A DNA stretch of 32,000 nucleotides from Wolbachia endosymbiont of Litomosoides sigmodontis. Its GTDB lineage: Bacteria; Pseudomonadota; Alphaproteobacteria; Rickettsiales; Anaplasmataceae. The DNA is taken from positions 180,001 to 212,000 of the forward strand of contig NZ_CP046577.1 in NCBI RefSeq assembly GCF_013365435.1. Reading direction: 5' to 3'. Of the stretch, positions 1 to 10,163 are shown piece after piece. Position 1 is the stretch's first letter, and the number at the start of each line of letters is the position of its first letter. A program made the position numbers and the translations under genes. Below the pieces are notes generated by a model, which saw only the letters and a program-made list of their open reading frames with translations, searched no databases and had not been told where the DNA came from.

Positions 1-261
1 TTTATTATTCCAAGTTTTGTTAAACAGCGTTCTTTCAAAAGCTGCTCTTTCCATATTTGAGCTTTGGTTATCTGTTCTACCATTTCTAATATGGTTCATT
101 TCTTCATTATCTGGTCCTTCTTTATACAACCTTGTCTGTATACGCAGTGGCTTTGATGGCGCTGCACCCAATGTATCTGAAATAGAATTTGTTGCCACTC
201 CAGGCGATGGTGGGTCTGTTTTTGGTGCTTCTTCTGATATTTTATCTTTAAATTCTAGCAT
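1..261 (-). CDS. hypothetical protein, N-terminal part (gene runs off the window start)
   Basis: A reverse-strand ATG at 259-261 opens an 87-codon frame with no stop down to position 1 (MLEFKDKISEEAPKTDPPSPGVATNS...ERAAFERTLFNKTWNNK). It is absent from the ORF track because it has no in-window stop. I do not recognise the family. The + ORF 17..280 is its antisense shadow. Confidence 0.4.
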   Translation of the reverse strand, partial: MLEFKDKISEEAPKTDPPSPGVATNSISDTLGAAPSKPLRIQTRLYKEGPDNEEMNHIRNGRTDNQSSNMERAAFERTLFNKTWNNK

Positions 262-356
262 ACTTACCCTCCAAAATTAATTACTACTGTTGTGTTGATT
301 ACACTATAGTTATTAAGATGTAGTAAATGCTAATTTGAGACTAATACTAGAAAAGT

Positions 357-1151
357 TTAATATGAGAATTGTCTTTCAAAGATTCTTTCGTCTAGAGAAT
401 AATCCTTATCAAAGAGCAGAGTAACTGTATTTTCATGGTCTTTCTGCATTTTTATCTGTGATATGTTGTAGAACTCCTTGTAATCTGATACTATAAGTGC
501 TGGACGATTTTGTGCGTCATTAATATCAATTTGCACAATCGTATCATTTGAGATCAGCGCTCCATCCCAATGCCTCGGGTAGTAGCTATTGATAGAGGTA
601 AGTGCGAATAAGTTTGAGTTGAGTGGTAAAATTGGACCGCCGGCGGAGAAGTTATATGCAGTACTACCTGTGGGAGTAGATAATATTATTCCATCTCCTC
701 TGAATTTTTCCATTTTAAATTTATTATTGATAGTAATATTCATCTCTACTATCTGATTTGCCTTTCTAAAGATGTACACTTCATTTACCGCTACATGGTG
801 ATATTTTTTGCTACTCAGATCTGTAGCTTCCATCTTTAGCAAAGTTAACTGAGCTGAAGTTGCGTATTCTATATTATCAATCAAATCTTTGCTGCTATTG
901 AAGCATTTATTCATCAAAAATCCAACGTTTCCAGTATTTACTCCATATACATGTATGTCTTTGTTTCCTATGATATGGTTATGCAAGGTGCGTAGCATAA
1001 AACCATCGCCACCAACAACTATTAATAGATCAATTTCAGATTTATTTTTCTCTGTTACGCTAATAAAATTAAGCTTCTGTAATAATTTAGATACTTCTTG
1101 CGATTTTGGTGGTCCAGAAGCAACATAGCCTATATTTTTATACTTATGCAT
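357..1151 (-). CDS. nadK: NAD kinase
   Basis: 264-aa ORF with the GGDGFMLRT (GGDG) motif, the NEV motif and a STPTGSTAYNFSAGGPI segment typical of NAD+ kinases. Confidence 0.9.
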   Translation of the reverse strand: MHKYKNIGYVASGPPKSQEVSKLLQKLNFISVTEKNKSEIDLLIVVGGDGFMLRTLHNHIIGNKDIHVYGVNTGNVGFLMNKCFNSSKDLIDNIEYATSAQLTLLKMEATDLSSKKYHHVAVNEVYIFRKANQIVEMNITINNKFKMEKFRGDGIILSTPTGSTAYNFSAGGPILPLNSNLFALTSINSYYPRHWDGALISNDTIVQIDINDAQNRPALIVSDYKEFYNISQIKMQKDHENTVTLLFDKDYSLDERIFERQFSY

Positions 1152-1180
1152 GCCCTAGCCTAAAACTTAAAGAGGGAAAA

Positions 1181-1393
1181 TTAGAAAATATTTCCGTACC
1201 TATCGTTAAATTTAGCTATTTTGCTAGTTTTATTTGTTGATCCACTTGTCAAACTTCCAGTCCATGCAGGGTGAGTGAGAGGATCTCTATCAAGCTTTAT
1301 CTTATCTCCCTCCTTCCCATAAGTTGAACGGGTTTCAAACTCTTGGCCATTTGTCATGACTATAGTGATTTTATGATAATCAATTTCTAACAT
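1181..1393 (-). CDS. rpmE: 50S ribosomal protein L31 (Cys-less type)
   Basis: 70-aa ORF with the ...RSTYGK...LDRDPLTHPAWTG... and C-terminal FNDRYG pattern of L31. It lacks the CxxC zinc motif. Confidence 0.85.
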   Translation of the reverse strand: MLEIDYHKITIVMTNGQEFETRSTYGKEGDKIKLDRDPLTHPAWTGSLTSGSTNKTSKIAKFNDRYGNIF

Positions 1394-1467
1394 GAGCTCT
1401 TATAAACTTTTGGTTATTTATTACTCTAGTGTATTCAATTCATTAAGTCAATTATTATTATTGAACA

Positions 1468-1496
1468 TTGACAAAAGATAAATAAAGTAGTATTTT
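1468..1496 (+). promoter_or_regulatory. candidate sigma70-type promoter for fabD
   Basis: TTGACA at 1468-1473, a 17-nt spacer, then TATTTT at 1491-1496, 26 nt upstream of the fabD ATG. AT-rich DNA produces many such matches by chance. Confidence 0.25.
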
Positions 1497-1521
1497 TAAT
1501 AAAGAATCAAGAATTATTGTT

Positions 1522-2502
1522 ATGATTTTTGCTTTCCCTGGCCAGGGTTCCCAATTTGTAGGAATGGGAAGAGACTTGTATAGTCAATTTGCCATTGCAA
1601 GACAAGTATTTGATGAAGTAGATAGCATACTAGGTAGGAAGTTATCTCATTTGATTTTCAATGGTCCTATCGAAGAGCTAACCATTACAGAAAATGCTCA
1701 GCCAGCTATAACGGCAGTGTCAATTGCAACGCTACGTGTTATGGAGCATATGTTAGGTAAATCTCTTTTTTCTAATTACGGTGTTAGATATATTTGTGGA
1801 CATTCAGTTGGTGAATATACAGCACTATGTGCCGCAGGAGCATTGACACTCGAGTCTACAGTTAAGTTACTGAAAACTCGTAGCGAAGCAATGCGTCAAG
1901 CTTCTTTAAGATGTAGAGGTGGAATGGTTGCGTTGCTTGGTGCAAAGATAAGCGAAGTGGAAAATATATTAGAATCAGCTCAAATTGATGGAATTTATGA
2001 AATTGCGAACGATAATGGTGGTGAACAGGTAGTGGTAAGTGGTACTGCAGATTCCCTTAAAATATTACCTGATTTGTTCAAAAATTCGAGTGTGAGGAAA
2101 TTAATCAAATTGCAAGTTAGTGGGCCTTTTCACTCATCTCTTATGAAGCCTGCTGATAAAAAGGTCTTGAAATTTCTAGAGAGTATTGATATAACTCATC
2201 CTTCAATTCCTTTTGTATCAAATGTTACAGCTAAAGAAGAAAGTGATCCAAAAATTATAAAGACCTTACTTGCTAAGCAAATTGTGAGTAGAGTAAGATG
2301 GAGAGAAATGATTTTACATATGGCAAGTAGTGGCATTAACAAATTTATCGAAATTGGACCTAATAAAGTTTTATCTAATTTAGTCAAAAGAATTGATCAA
2401 TCCATCAGTACAAAAAATATAGGTAGTATTACTGATGTTGACAGCTTTTTAAATAAATCATCAATATTGACAGTGGAAAATTTAGAAGTTGGCTTAAGTT
2501 AA
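1522..2502 (+). CDS. fabD: malonyl CoA-acyl carrier protein transacylase
   Basis: 326-aa ORF with an N-terminal FPGQGSQ and the active-site GHSVGEY motif, collinear with FabD throughout. Confidence 0.92.
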   Translation: MIFAFPGQGSQFVGMGRDLYSQFAIARQVFDEVDSILGRKLSHLIFNGPIEELTITENAQPAITAVSIATLRVMEHMLGKSLFSNYGVRYICGHSVGEYTALCAAGALTLESTVKLLKTRSEAMRQASLRCRGGMVALLGAKISEVENILESAQIDGIYEIANDNGGEQVVVSGTADSLKILPDLFKNSSVRKLIKLQVSGPFHSSLMKPADKKVLKFLESIDITHPSIPFVSNVTAKEESDPKIIKTLLAKQIVSRVRWREMILHMASSGINKFIEIGPNKVLSNLVKRIDQSISTKNIGSITDVDSFLNKSSILTVENLEVGLS

Positions 2503-2846
2503 AGTATACCTGTTTGCTATTATCCTAGCTTAGAGTGATATAAAGTGATGCAGGGGGGGTATAGTAAGTATCGCAAATGACATTTTCAATGTGAACAAGG
2601 TGTTGGGTAGTATATCAAATAGTGAGCATGAAACGGCTTCAAAATGCGAAGAAATGTATGAGCAGGTTGAATAAGAAAGTAAGTACAAAAAAAGTTCTTC
2701 ATATTAGCAAAACTGGCACTATAATATAAGGTGAACTTGGTTGATGTTGGATGTTTACTGCCAATACGGCAGTTTTGTAAAATTAACATGGTCAAGGAGG
2801 ATGAAGATTTTTAAAAATGTTAAATTCTGTAATCGTCATAGCTTAC

Positions 2847-3889
2847 ATCAATTCTCACTGTGCAAGTAATAGATGGAAAATAGTGAAAAAGAAGCTATGC
2901 TGAAGTAAGTAAAATAGTAAGATTTAAATGGCATTGAAATTAAAAACAATTGGATGAAAAGTCATGGAATCGGTAAAAAAAGTGTTAAAAAAACTAAATG
3001 CTGTAATTGTAACAAAAAAGTACAGTATAACAGAGCCTTAGTAAAAATATGTCGCATTTCATCAGAACAGTACTAATAACTGTATGGATAAAGCACCTAA
3101 AATTTGAAAGAGAAGGGAAATTATTTACTCCCTCTTAACGTTATAGAAAAACTAAGTTGAATCAGAGTCAATTTGAACGAATTGAAGTATTGATACAAGA
3201 AAATCATAATACTATCATTAAAGAAGTGAGAATAAGAATTTGGAAAGGTTTCGCTTGAATGTAGCAATTCTACAGCATACCATTAATATGCAAAAAATGA
3301 AGTTTTTGTATATACGCTAAGACCAATTTACAGTGAATAAGATAAAGGTAGACAGGAAGGGTTTAAAAAAAACTTCATGAGACTATTGGTCAGCATCCTA
3401 AACAAAAAAGTTATTCATCTTTGATGAATCACAGTTTTGCACATGTTCAAAAGTTGGATATGGATGATTTTAAAAGGACGTTAGAACACAGGTTAAAGTA
3501 AAATCAGGTAGATAAAATTTTTGCTCTTTTGCATCGAATGTGCAACATTAGTTGTATGAATATATTTCTTGACAAAGGTTGCAACACTTAAGAACACAAG
3601 AACCATTTCTTATCAGAAGTTATGCTAGTTAATATAAGGCAAAAAGTTTAAATGTACCCCATAATATCTAATTATATGCCTGCCACCACACTTACCTGAG
3701 CTCTCTCCTATTGAGAGATTTTGGTTATATGCATAATATGATATTATGTGTAATAAAGACTATAATATAATTACTTTGCTTGAGAGCGCTTTATGCAAAT
3801 TTATTACCTCTTTTTCTCACTCCGCAATTAAACAACTCTGCAATGTCACTTATTTGATCCACTAATAATGAGAATTAGTAGTACTGCCC
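2847..3889 (+). mobile_element. IS630/Tc1-mariner-family IS relic, full-length but with a destroyed transposase frame (left part of foldback 1)
   Basis: Broken frames read ...MQKMKFLYI..., ...IHL**IT.. (DE region) and ..CLPPHLPELSPIERFW.. (compare LPPYSPELNPIE-W of IS630 DDE transposases). There are many stops. Homologous copies lie at 12640-13957, 23585-24362, 26513-27293 and 31334-32000. Confidence 0.8.
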
Positions 3890-4423
3890 ATTAAGTTTTT
3901 TTTAACTCTTCTTGCTTACCTTTGTCTGTTAATTATGAATCAGTCTTAGCATAATATATAAAAATCTCATTTTTTGCATATTGCGGTGTACTATGCTACT
4001 CACTGACATTCAAAAAAAATCTTTCTAGATTCTTGTTCTCACTTCTTTAATGATAATATTATGATTTTCTTGTATCAATACTTCAATTCGTTCAAATTGA
4101 CTCTGATTCACAACTTAGTTTTTCTATAACGTTAAGAGGGAGTAAATAATTTCCCTTCTCTTTCAAATTTTAGGTGCTTTATCCATACAGTTATTAGTAC
4201 TGTTCTGATGAAATGCGACATATTTTTACTAAGGCTCTGTTATACTGTACTTTTTTGTTACAATTACAGCATTTAGTTTTTTTAACACTTTTTTTACCGA
4301 TTCCATGACTTTTCATCCAATTGTTTTTGATTTCAATGCCATTTAAATCTTACTATTTTACTTACTTCAGCATGGCTTCTTTTTCATTATTTTCTATCTA
4401 TTACTTGCACAGTGAAAATTGAT
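3890..4423 (-). mobile_element. inverted copy of the 5' ~535 bp of the same IS630-type element (right arm of foldback 1)
   Basis: Reverse complement of 2847-3389. The outer 386 bp differ by 6 substitutions and one 2-bp indel by eye. The inner ~150 bp are much more diverged. Confidence 0.8.
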
Positions 4424-5142
4424 ATATAAATAGTGATGAAGTTGGGTTTCTTGCTTATGTAAAAAGCATAATCCTAAAGGGAAAATAATTGCAATATATC
4501 TTATATAGATAAAATATCTTGGAAATACCACCATATTAATGGTGGCGATGTGTGGAAAACTTTGCCTGGTCTGCTAAGACTCATCTAAAATAATATAACT
4601 CAAGGATATAGCTGCTCTATTTTCCAATTTTTTCTCTCAAAGAGAGTGTGCCTAAATTTAGTATGTCTTCTGTGCTTACCTTCTTGCCAGAATTAGATTA
4701 TTTGGGGAATAATGCCAAAGCCCTACCCAAAAATCAGGACTTGGGACTTTTGTGTTGTAGAGTTCTTTCTCCTTTAGTTTAATAACTTGCTCGAAGTCTT
4801 GCCAATTTTTTTAAATGCTTGATTGTTTTGACACCATGCACTAATTTAACTATTGTGTATTCGAGAGGAGAAATATTTGCCAATTCTTTCACTCTATCTA
4901 GAGATTTAGTCTAGCCTTCAATCTGAACTTGCCTAAAAACTCTATCCAGTAAAGTACTAGTGCAGTCTTAGAATTTTTAGTGAATTCTTTTTCCCTTTTC
5001 TACTATTCATGTTAGTGAAGAACACAAAAGCTTCTTTGCTATATTCATTTAGCAATACTACCCATTGTAAATGGAGTGTAATCTTTGTTACAAGTTGCTA
5101 GCGTTATGCAGTTGGTTGTTTACATAGAGAATTAGTACTGCC
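4424..5142 (+). mobile_element. possible second, more diverged mariner/IS630-like 3' relic
   Basis: A + frame near 4670-4740 reads ..LTFLPELDYLGNNAKALPKNQ.. (compare SPELNPIEN-W--LK). The 16-mer gagaattagtactgcc at 5127-5142 matches the right terminus of the main family (gagaattagtagtactgcc at 3870-3888). There is no DNA-level identity elsewhere. Confidence 0.3.
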
Positions 5143-5208
5143 TTATACCATTTAAAAAAGATCAAACGGATCTTTTACAGGCAAAAACGTTGTATCCAAA
5201 GTGAAATC

Positions 5209-6024
5209 TTAATTCTGACATACATTACAAAAATAAGTGCTACGACCATTTTGTCGTATAAGTGTTATAATGTTATTGCAGATTTTGCAAGGTTTTTGAA
5301 CTTTATTATATACGTAGAAACTATTTTGAAAATGTCCACGAGATCCAGATGGCTGTGTATAGTTTTTCAGCGTCGACCCACCGGCTATGATTGCATCACT
5401 CAGAGTATTTTTTATCTCAGTAGCAAGTTTTTTGCACTCTTTATACGTCAAATCTTGTGCTGACCTCAGTGGTGATATGTGAGCTCTAAACAAGCTCTCA
5501 GAAGCGTATATATTTCCTATGCCAACTATTAATTTATTATTCATTAATACTGACTTGATATTGATCATTTTATTTTTCAGTAACTTCTGTAAATGATCTC
5601 CATTAAATTCCTCTGTGAGGGGCTCTATCCCAAAATCATTAAAAAAACTTATTTCTTGTTCTTTATTTAAAATAATAACTGATCCAAATCTTCTTGGGTC
5701 ATTAAAGATTATTGAAGTATTGTCGGAAAATAAAAATACCACATGGTCATGTTTATTCTGAGCTTGATTATTTTTAGCATATATGAGCTTTCCGCTCATG
5801 CCAAAGTGTATGATGACAGCTATATCGTTGTCTATGTGCCAAATTATATATTTGCCTCTACGCTTGATATTATTTATGATTTTGCCCTTTAATAAATCGT
5901 CTATATTTTGTGTGATTGGTATACGCAAATTCCAATTATTGACTGTGACACCGCTTATTTGCTTATTTTTGATCTCATTAGACAAAAAATTAGAAATTAT
6001 TTCCACTTCTGGGAGCTCTGGCAT
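5209..6024 (-). CDS. mutM: formamidopyrimidine-DNA glycosylase
   Basis: 271-aa ORF starting MPELPEVE, with a C-terminal CxxC...CxxC zinc finger (CKICNN...FCNVCQ). Confidence 0.9.
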   Translation of the reverse strand: MPELPEVEIISNFLSNEIKNKQISGVTVNNWNLRIPITQNIDDLLKGKIINNIKRRGKYIIWHIDNDIAVIIHFGMSGKLIYAKNNQAQNKHDHVVFLFSDNTSIIFNDPRRFGSVIILNKEQEISFFNDFGIEPLTEEFNGDHLQKLLKNKMINIKSVLMNNKLIVGIGNIYASESLFRAHISPLRSAQDLTYKECKKLATEIKNTLSDAIIAGGSTLKNYTQPSGSRGHFQNSFYVYNKVQKPCKICNNIITLIRQNGRSTYFCNVCQN

Positions 6025-6153
6025 TTTGTCTAACCTGCTGCTGTTTTTTTCTTTTTACAATATTTTGCTTTAGAGCTCTTACTAATCTTTTTCTCTCCTC
6101 TTCTTTTTCTTTATTCTTTTTTATATTATTCATTATCATTATATATGAATACT

Positions 6154-6226
6154 GCCGTTATAGCTCAGGTGGTAGAGTACGTTATTGGTAATGACGAGGT
6201 CCCAAGTTCGAGTCTTGGTAACGGCA
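6154..6226 (+). tRNA. tRNA-Thr (anticodon GGU)
   Basis: Manual cloverleaf: acceptor GCCGTTA/TAACGGC, D arm GCTC-AGGTGGTA-GAGT, anticodon stem CGTTA/TGACG with loop TTGGTAA, and T arm CCAAG-TTCGAGT-CTTGG. CCA is not encoded. Confidence 0.9.
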
Positions 6227-6271
6227 CGCTGTATAGTATTACATACCACATAATAAAGACTTAGAAGAGAG

Positions 6272-7798
6272 TTACAGAGGTAGGTTGTCATGTTTTTTCC
6301 ATATTCTTTCTATTTTCTTGTTTGTTAGTAACTCTAATGCTTTATAAAGATAATACCTTGTTTTGCTTGGCACTATTATGTTGTCAATGTATCCGTGCGA
6401 TGCAGCAAAAAATGGATTAGCAAATTTTTCTTTATATTCTTTAATCAATGTTTGTTGATCTTTTTCATGCCGAAATATAATCTCAACTGCACCTTCTGGG
6501 CCCATTACGGCTATTTCAGCAGTTGGCCAAGCATAATTTATGTCACCTTTTAGGTGTTTAGAACTCATCACAATGTATGCGCCACCATATGCTTTTCTGG
6601 TAATAAGGCTAATCTTTGGTACAGTCGCTTCAGCATAAGCATAAAGCAGCTTTGCTCCATGTTGTATTATATTATTGTGTTCTTGATTTGTACCTGGTAG
6701 AAACCCTGGCACATCAATAAATGTGGTAATGGGAATATTAAATGCGTCACAGAACCTTACAAATCTTGCAGCTTTTCTTGAAGAGTTAATATCCAAACAT
6801 CCTGCAAGATGCATAGGTTGGTTTGCAACTATACCAATAGTATTTCCTTTAATTCTACCGAACCCAATTATGATATTACGAGCAAAATCAGGTTTTAATT
6901 CAAAAAATTTCCTTTCATCACAAACTTTTTCAATGAGTCCATACATATCATAAGGGGTATTGCGATTATGAGGAATTAGGGTATTTAAAGATTCATTAAT
7001 GTCATCAACATCATTGCAGATTGGTACAGATTTTGGTAGCTCTTGATTATTTGCTGGTAGAAAGGTAAAGAATTCACGTATTTTTAGCAACATTTCAATG
7101 TCATTATTAAACGCAAAATCTGCCACTCCTGTTTTACTTGTATGAATTTTTGCTCCGCCGAGATCTTCGTAATTTACGTCTTCATAAGTAACTTTTTTCA
7201 CTACATCTGGTCCGGTTATAAACATATATGAACTGTTTTTTACCATAAAGGTAAAATCAGTCAACGCTGGGGAATAAACTGCACCACCAGCACACGGACC
7301 CATGATTAAGGAAATTTGTGGTATCACACCTGATGCATTTACATTTCTTTGAAAGATTTCTCCGTAACCTGCAAGAGAATTTACTCCTTCCTGAATTCTT
7401 GCTCCACCAGAGTCATTTAATCCAAGAATAGGAATTCTAGCATTAATTGCCATATCCATAATTTTGCATATTTTTTTTGCGTGTGATGCGCCAAGTGACC
7501 CACCAAAAACAGTAAAATCTTGAGAATAAACAAAGACTTTTCTACCATAAATGGTGCCATGGCCAATTATAACACCATCGCCTAAAAAATTAGTATTTTG
7601 CATACCAAAGTCAGTTGCATGATGCTTCATAAATTTATCGTATTCTTCGAAAGAATTTTCGTCGAGCAATATACTAAGCCTTTCTCTAGCAGTTAATTTC
7701 CCTTTTTCATGTTGCTTATTAATCTTATCAAGACCACCACCTTTTTCAGCTTCTAGCGTTTTGGCCTGTAAATTTTCTAATATTTTAAAATCTTGCAT
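6272..7798 (-). CDS. pccB: propionyl-CoA carboxylase beta chain (carboxyltransferase subunit)
   Basis: 508-aa ORF collinear with acyl-CoA carboxylase carboxyltransferase subunits ([10 protein letters not shown]..., two crotonase-like halves, and ...[13 protein letters not shown]). Confidence 0.9.
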   Translation of the reverse strand: MQDFKILENLQAKTLEAEKGGGLDKINKQHEKGKLTARERLSILLDENSFEEYDKFMKHHATDFGMQNTNFLGDGVIIGHGTIYGRKVFVYSQDFTVFGGSLGASHAKKICKIMDMAINARIPILGLNDSGGARIQEGVNSLAGYGEIFQRNVNASGVIPQISLIMGPCAGGAVYSPALTDFTFMVKNSSYMFITGPDVVKKVTYEDVNYEDLGGAKIHTSKTGVADFAFNNDIEMLLKIREFFTFLPANNQELPKSVPICNDVDDINESLNTLIPHNRNTPYDMYGLIEKVCDERKFFELKPDFARNIIIGFGRIKGNTIGIVANQPMHLAGCLDINSSRKAARFVRFCDAFNIPITTFIDVPGFLPGTNQEHNNIIQHGAKLLYAYAEATVPKISLITRKAYGGAYIVMSSKHLKGDINYAWPTAEIAVMGPEGAVEIIFRHEKDQQTLIKEYKEKFANPFFAASHGYIDNIIVPSKTRYYLYKALELLTNKKIERIWKKHDNLPL

Positions 7799-8747
7799 GT
7801 AATAAAATAGCTTTTGAATTAATTATAAAATTTATTAAGTTTATAAACTACACTAACTATACACATACACCTTTGCTGTGTGCAATAGTGTACGTATAAT
7901 AATGGTTAATTTTCTGATAAATTCCATCCACTGTTCTGAAAATGCTACAATTTATTAACTTTTTCTAAAGCGGAAGAGGTAGATTTCATTCTTTTCGTTT
8001 GTGCAAAACCTTTGCGTCCTCAACGATCTTGCTTATACGTGGTTCTTTTTGCTAATTCTTTATAAGACTTTGAAAAATTTTTACGATTTTTGTCGTCTAC
8101 GTGTATCATTATTTTGTTAAAGTCTGAGATATTTTCATCGAATTATATCATCTCCTTAAAATGCTCCATCTAAATCTTAAAATTCCGGATTTTTTAGAAA
8201 TTTTGCAGGGACCACAACACTTTCTTCTGAACATCTTATTAGGCTCTTGTACTTATATTATTACCTTATTGAAACTAGATTAGATATTTCTAATCAAAAA
8301 GCTGTAATTTTCTTTTCTCAGTTTCAGTAGTATTTGTATCGTTCTCCATAGGATGTTTGTAAGATCCGCATTGAATAGTCTATTATTGATAACTTTTCTC
8401 CTTCTATAGTATATAGTCAGGTAGTTTTTTTGATTTATTATATAAGATGGAGAGTATATATATTTCATGCAACGTACTTAAGATATTTTCTTCTATATAT
8501 TTATTAACTTATTCATAAACTATTATGCTTGATTGTAATTTCCTCGTTTTTTTGAATACTCTAATTATTTTGGTTTTTCGTTTACTTGTACTTTCTATTT
8601 TCTATAATCTTGCATAATTATCCCTATTGTACATAACGAAGTTAAGATAAAATGCTGATTTTAGGATACTGATGTAATCTACAAAGTCCATAGTTAATTG
8701 AAAAGTTTCAGTTATAATTTGCTTCATATAGGACATGCTCTTAAACT

Positions 8748-10163
8748 ATGCTAAAAATCACTATAGTAGGCTTGCCAAATGCTGGTAAATCAACCTTATT
8801 TAATAGGCTAGTAGGAAGAAAAGCAGCAGTAGTTAGCAACATTCCTGGAGTGACAAGAGATAGACGAGAGGAAATTGGAAGAATTAGTGATTTGGAGTTT
8901 AAAGTTATAGATACGGGAGGGTGGAATGGTCGAACTAATTTCTCTATTCAGGTTGTTGAACAAATAGAATTTTCTTTATTTAGTGCAGATATAATTTTCT
9001 TTCTTGTTGACGCAAAAGTCCAAAATGAGCGAAACAAAGAGTTTGCAAAATGGCTAAAAGGAAAAACAAATAAGCCTGTAATACTTATAGCAAATAAATG
9101 TGAAAGTTATAAATCTGAAAATGTTGATTACTTGCAGTTTTTTGATTTTATAGGCCCGGTATACATCTCAGCTGAACATAATCTTGGCATGGCTGATCTT
9201 TATAGTACATTGGCTGATGTTATTGATTCTTCTATAAATTATTCCTCCTCTATTATTCCAAAATCCTTGCCTATCATCAAAGTAGCCGACACTAAGATTC
9301 AGAAAAAAGATGAGCAGATTCCAGCGTTGTGCATTGGGAATCAATCTAATAAACCTAATAGACTGAGGGTTGCAATAATTGGCCGTCCAAATGTTGGAAA
9401 GTCAACTTTTTTAAACAGTTTACTTTCAGAAGATAGATTAATAACAAGTTCAGAACCTGGCACCACGCGTGACTCCGTGGATATTACATATGATCATAAT
9501 GGAAAACTCATTACTCTCATCGATACTGCGGGAATTCGTAGAAGGGCGAATATTGTAGATGATTTAGAGTTAAAGTTTATTAGAAAAAGCATGGAATCAA
9601 TAAAGCGCTCTCATGTAGTAATTTTGATGCTAGACTCTCTACTTGGCATTGAGCAGCAAGATTTATCAATTAGTGAAGCTGCAATTAAGGAAGGAAAGGG
9701 AATTATTATTGTTTTAAATAAATGGGACTTAATAAATAAAGATGATAGAAGCAGGTTGATAAAGTTTGTAAGACAACAAGAGATAACTAAGTTGTTCTTG
9801 AAAGTGCCAACTATAACGATTTCTGCCCTGAAAGGTATTCGTTGCAATGATGTAATAGAGAAGTGTCTTGAAGTGAATGAATCCTTGAATAAAAAAGTTA
9901 GCACTGCAAAAGTGAATAAGTGGCTAATTGATATTTTAGATAGGCATCCTCACCCGTTTGTAAAAGGTAGGGCAATTAAGATGAGATATATTGCTCAAAT
10001 TGGTACTAAACCTCCAGCTTTTTCTTTAATATGTAATGTGCCTGAAGGTGTTAATGAGAGTTATAAACGCTATTTAATTAACGGTCTTAGGAAGAATTTC
10101 TTTATAGATGGTATACCTGTTAAACTTCTTTTAAGAAAGAATAAAAATCCCTATGCAAAATGA
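8748..10163 (+). CDS. der: ribosome-associated GTPase Der (EngA)
   Basis: 471-aa ORF with two tandem GTPase domains (GLPNAGKST and GRPNVGKST P-loops, DTGG/DTAG, NKCE/NKWD) and a KH-like C-terminus. Confidence 0.92.
   Translation: MLKITIVGLPNAGKSTLFNRLVGRKAAVVSNIPGVTRDRREEIGRISDLEFKVIDTGGWNGRTNFSIQVVEQIEFSLFSADIIFFLVDAKVQNERNKEFAKWLKGKTNKPVILIANKCESYKSENVDYLQFFDFIGPVYISAEHNLGMADLYSTLADVIDSSINYSSSIIPKSLPIIKVADTKIQKKDEQIPALCIGNQSNKPNRLRVAIIGRPNVGKSTFLNSLLSEDRLITSSEPGTTRDSVDITYDHNGKLITLIDTAGIRRRANIVDDLELKFIRKSMESIKRSHVVILMLDSLLGIEQQDLSISEAAIKEGKGIIIVLNKWDLINKDDRSRLIKFVRQQEITKLFLKVPTITISALKGIRCNDVIEKCLEVNESLNKKVSTAKVNKWLIDILDRHPHPFVKGRAIKMRYIAQIGTKPPAFSLICNVPEGVNESYKRYLINGLRKNFFIDGIPVKLLLRKNKNPYAK

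Noticed and set aside
17-280. Track ORF of 87 aa on the + strand at the window start.
   Set aside because: It is antisense to a better reverse-strand frame that starts at ATG 259-261 and stays open to the window edge. Its sequence is low-complexity and Leu/Ser/Phe-rich, typical of shadow ORFs in AT-rich DNA.
2757-2776. Hairpin actgcc-aatac-ggcagt followed by tttt, considered as a fabD terminator.
   Set aside because: The stem is only 6 bp. It lies 255 nt past the fabD stop, in unassigned DNA just upstream of IS relic 2847-3889. It also shares the actgcc motif with the IS terminus. Too weak to call.
2586-2795. Track ORFs inside relic or unassigned DNA (2586..2795, 23976..24296, 26511..26771, 28406..28645, 29749..30012), considered as possible small novel genes.
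   Set aside because: They run antisense through IS relics or pseudogenes, or through unassigned DNA next to them. They have junk-like composition (many F/L/I/Y/C/H) and no start context. More likely they are chance open frames.
6025-6153. Pyrimidine-rich (T/C) tract between mutM and tRNA-Thr, considered as a structured or regulatory element.
   Set aside because: I could see no repeat unit, hairpin or conserved motif. It is plausibly just the divergent promoter region in an AT-rich genome.
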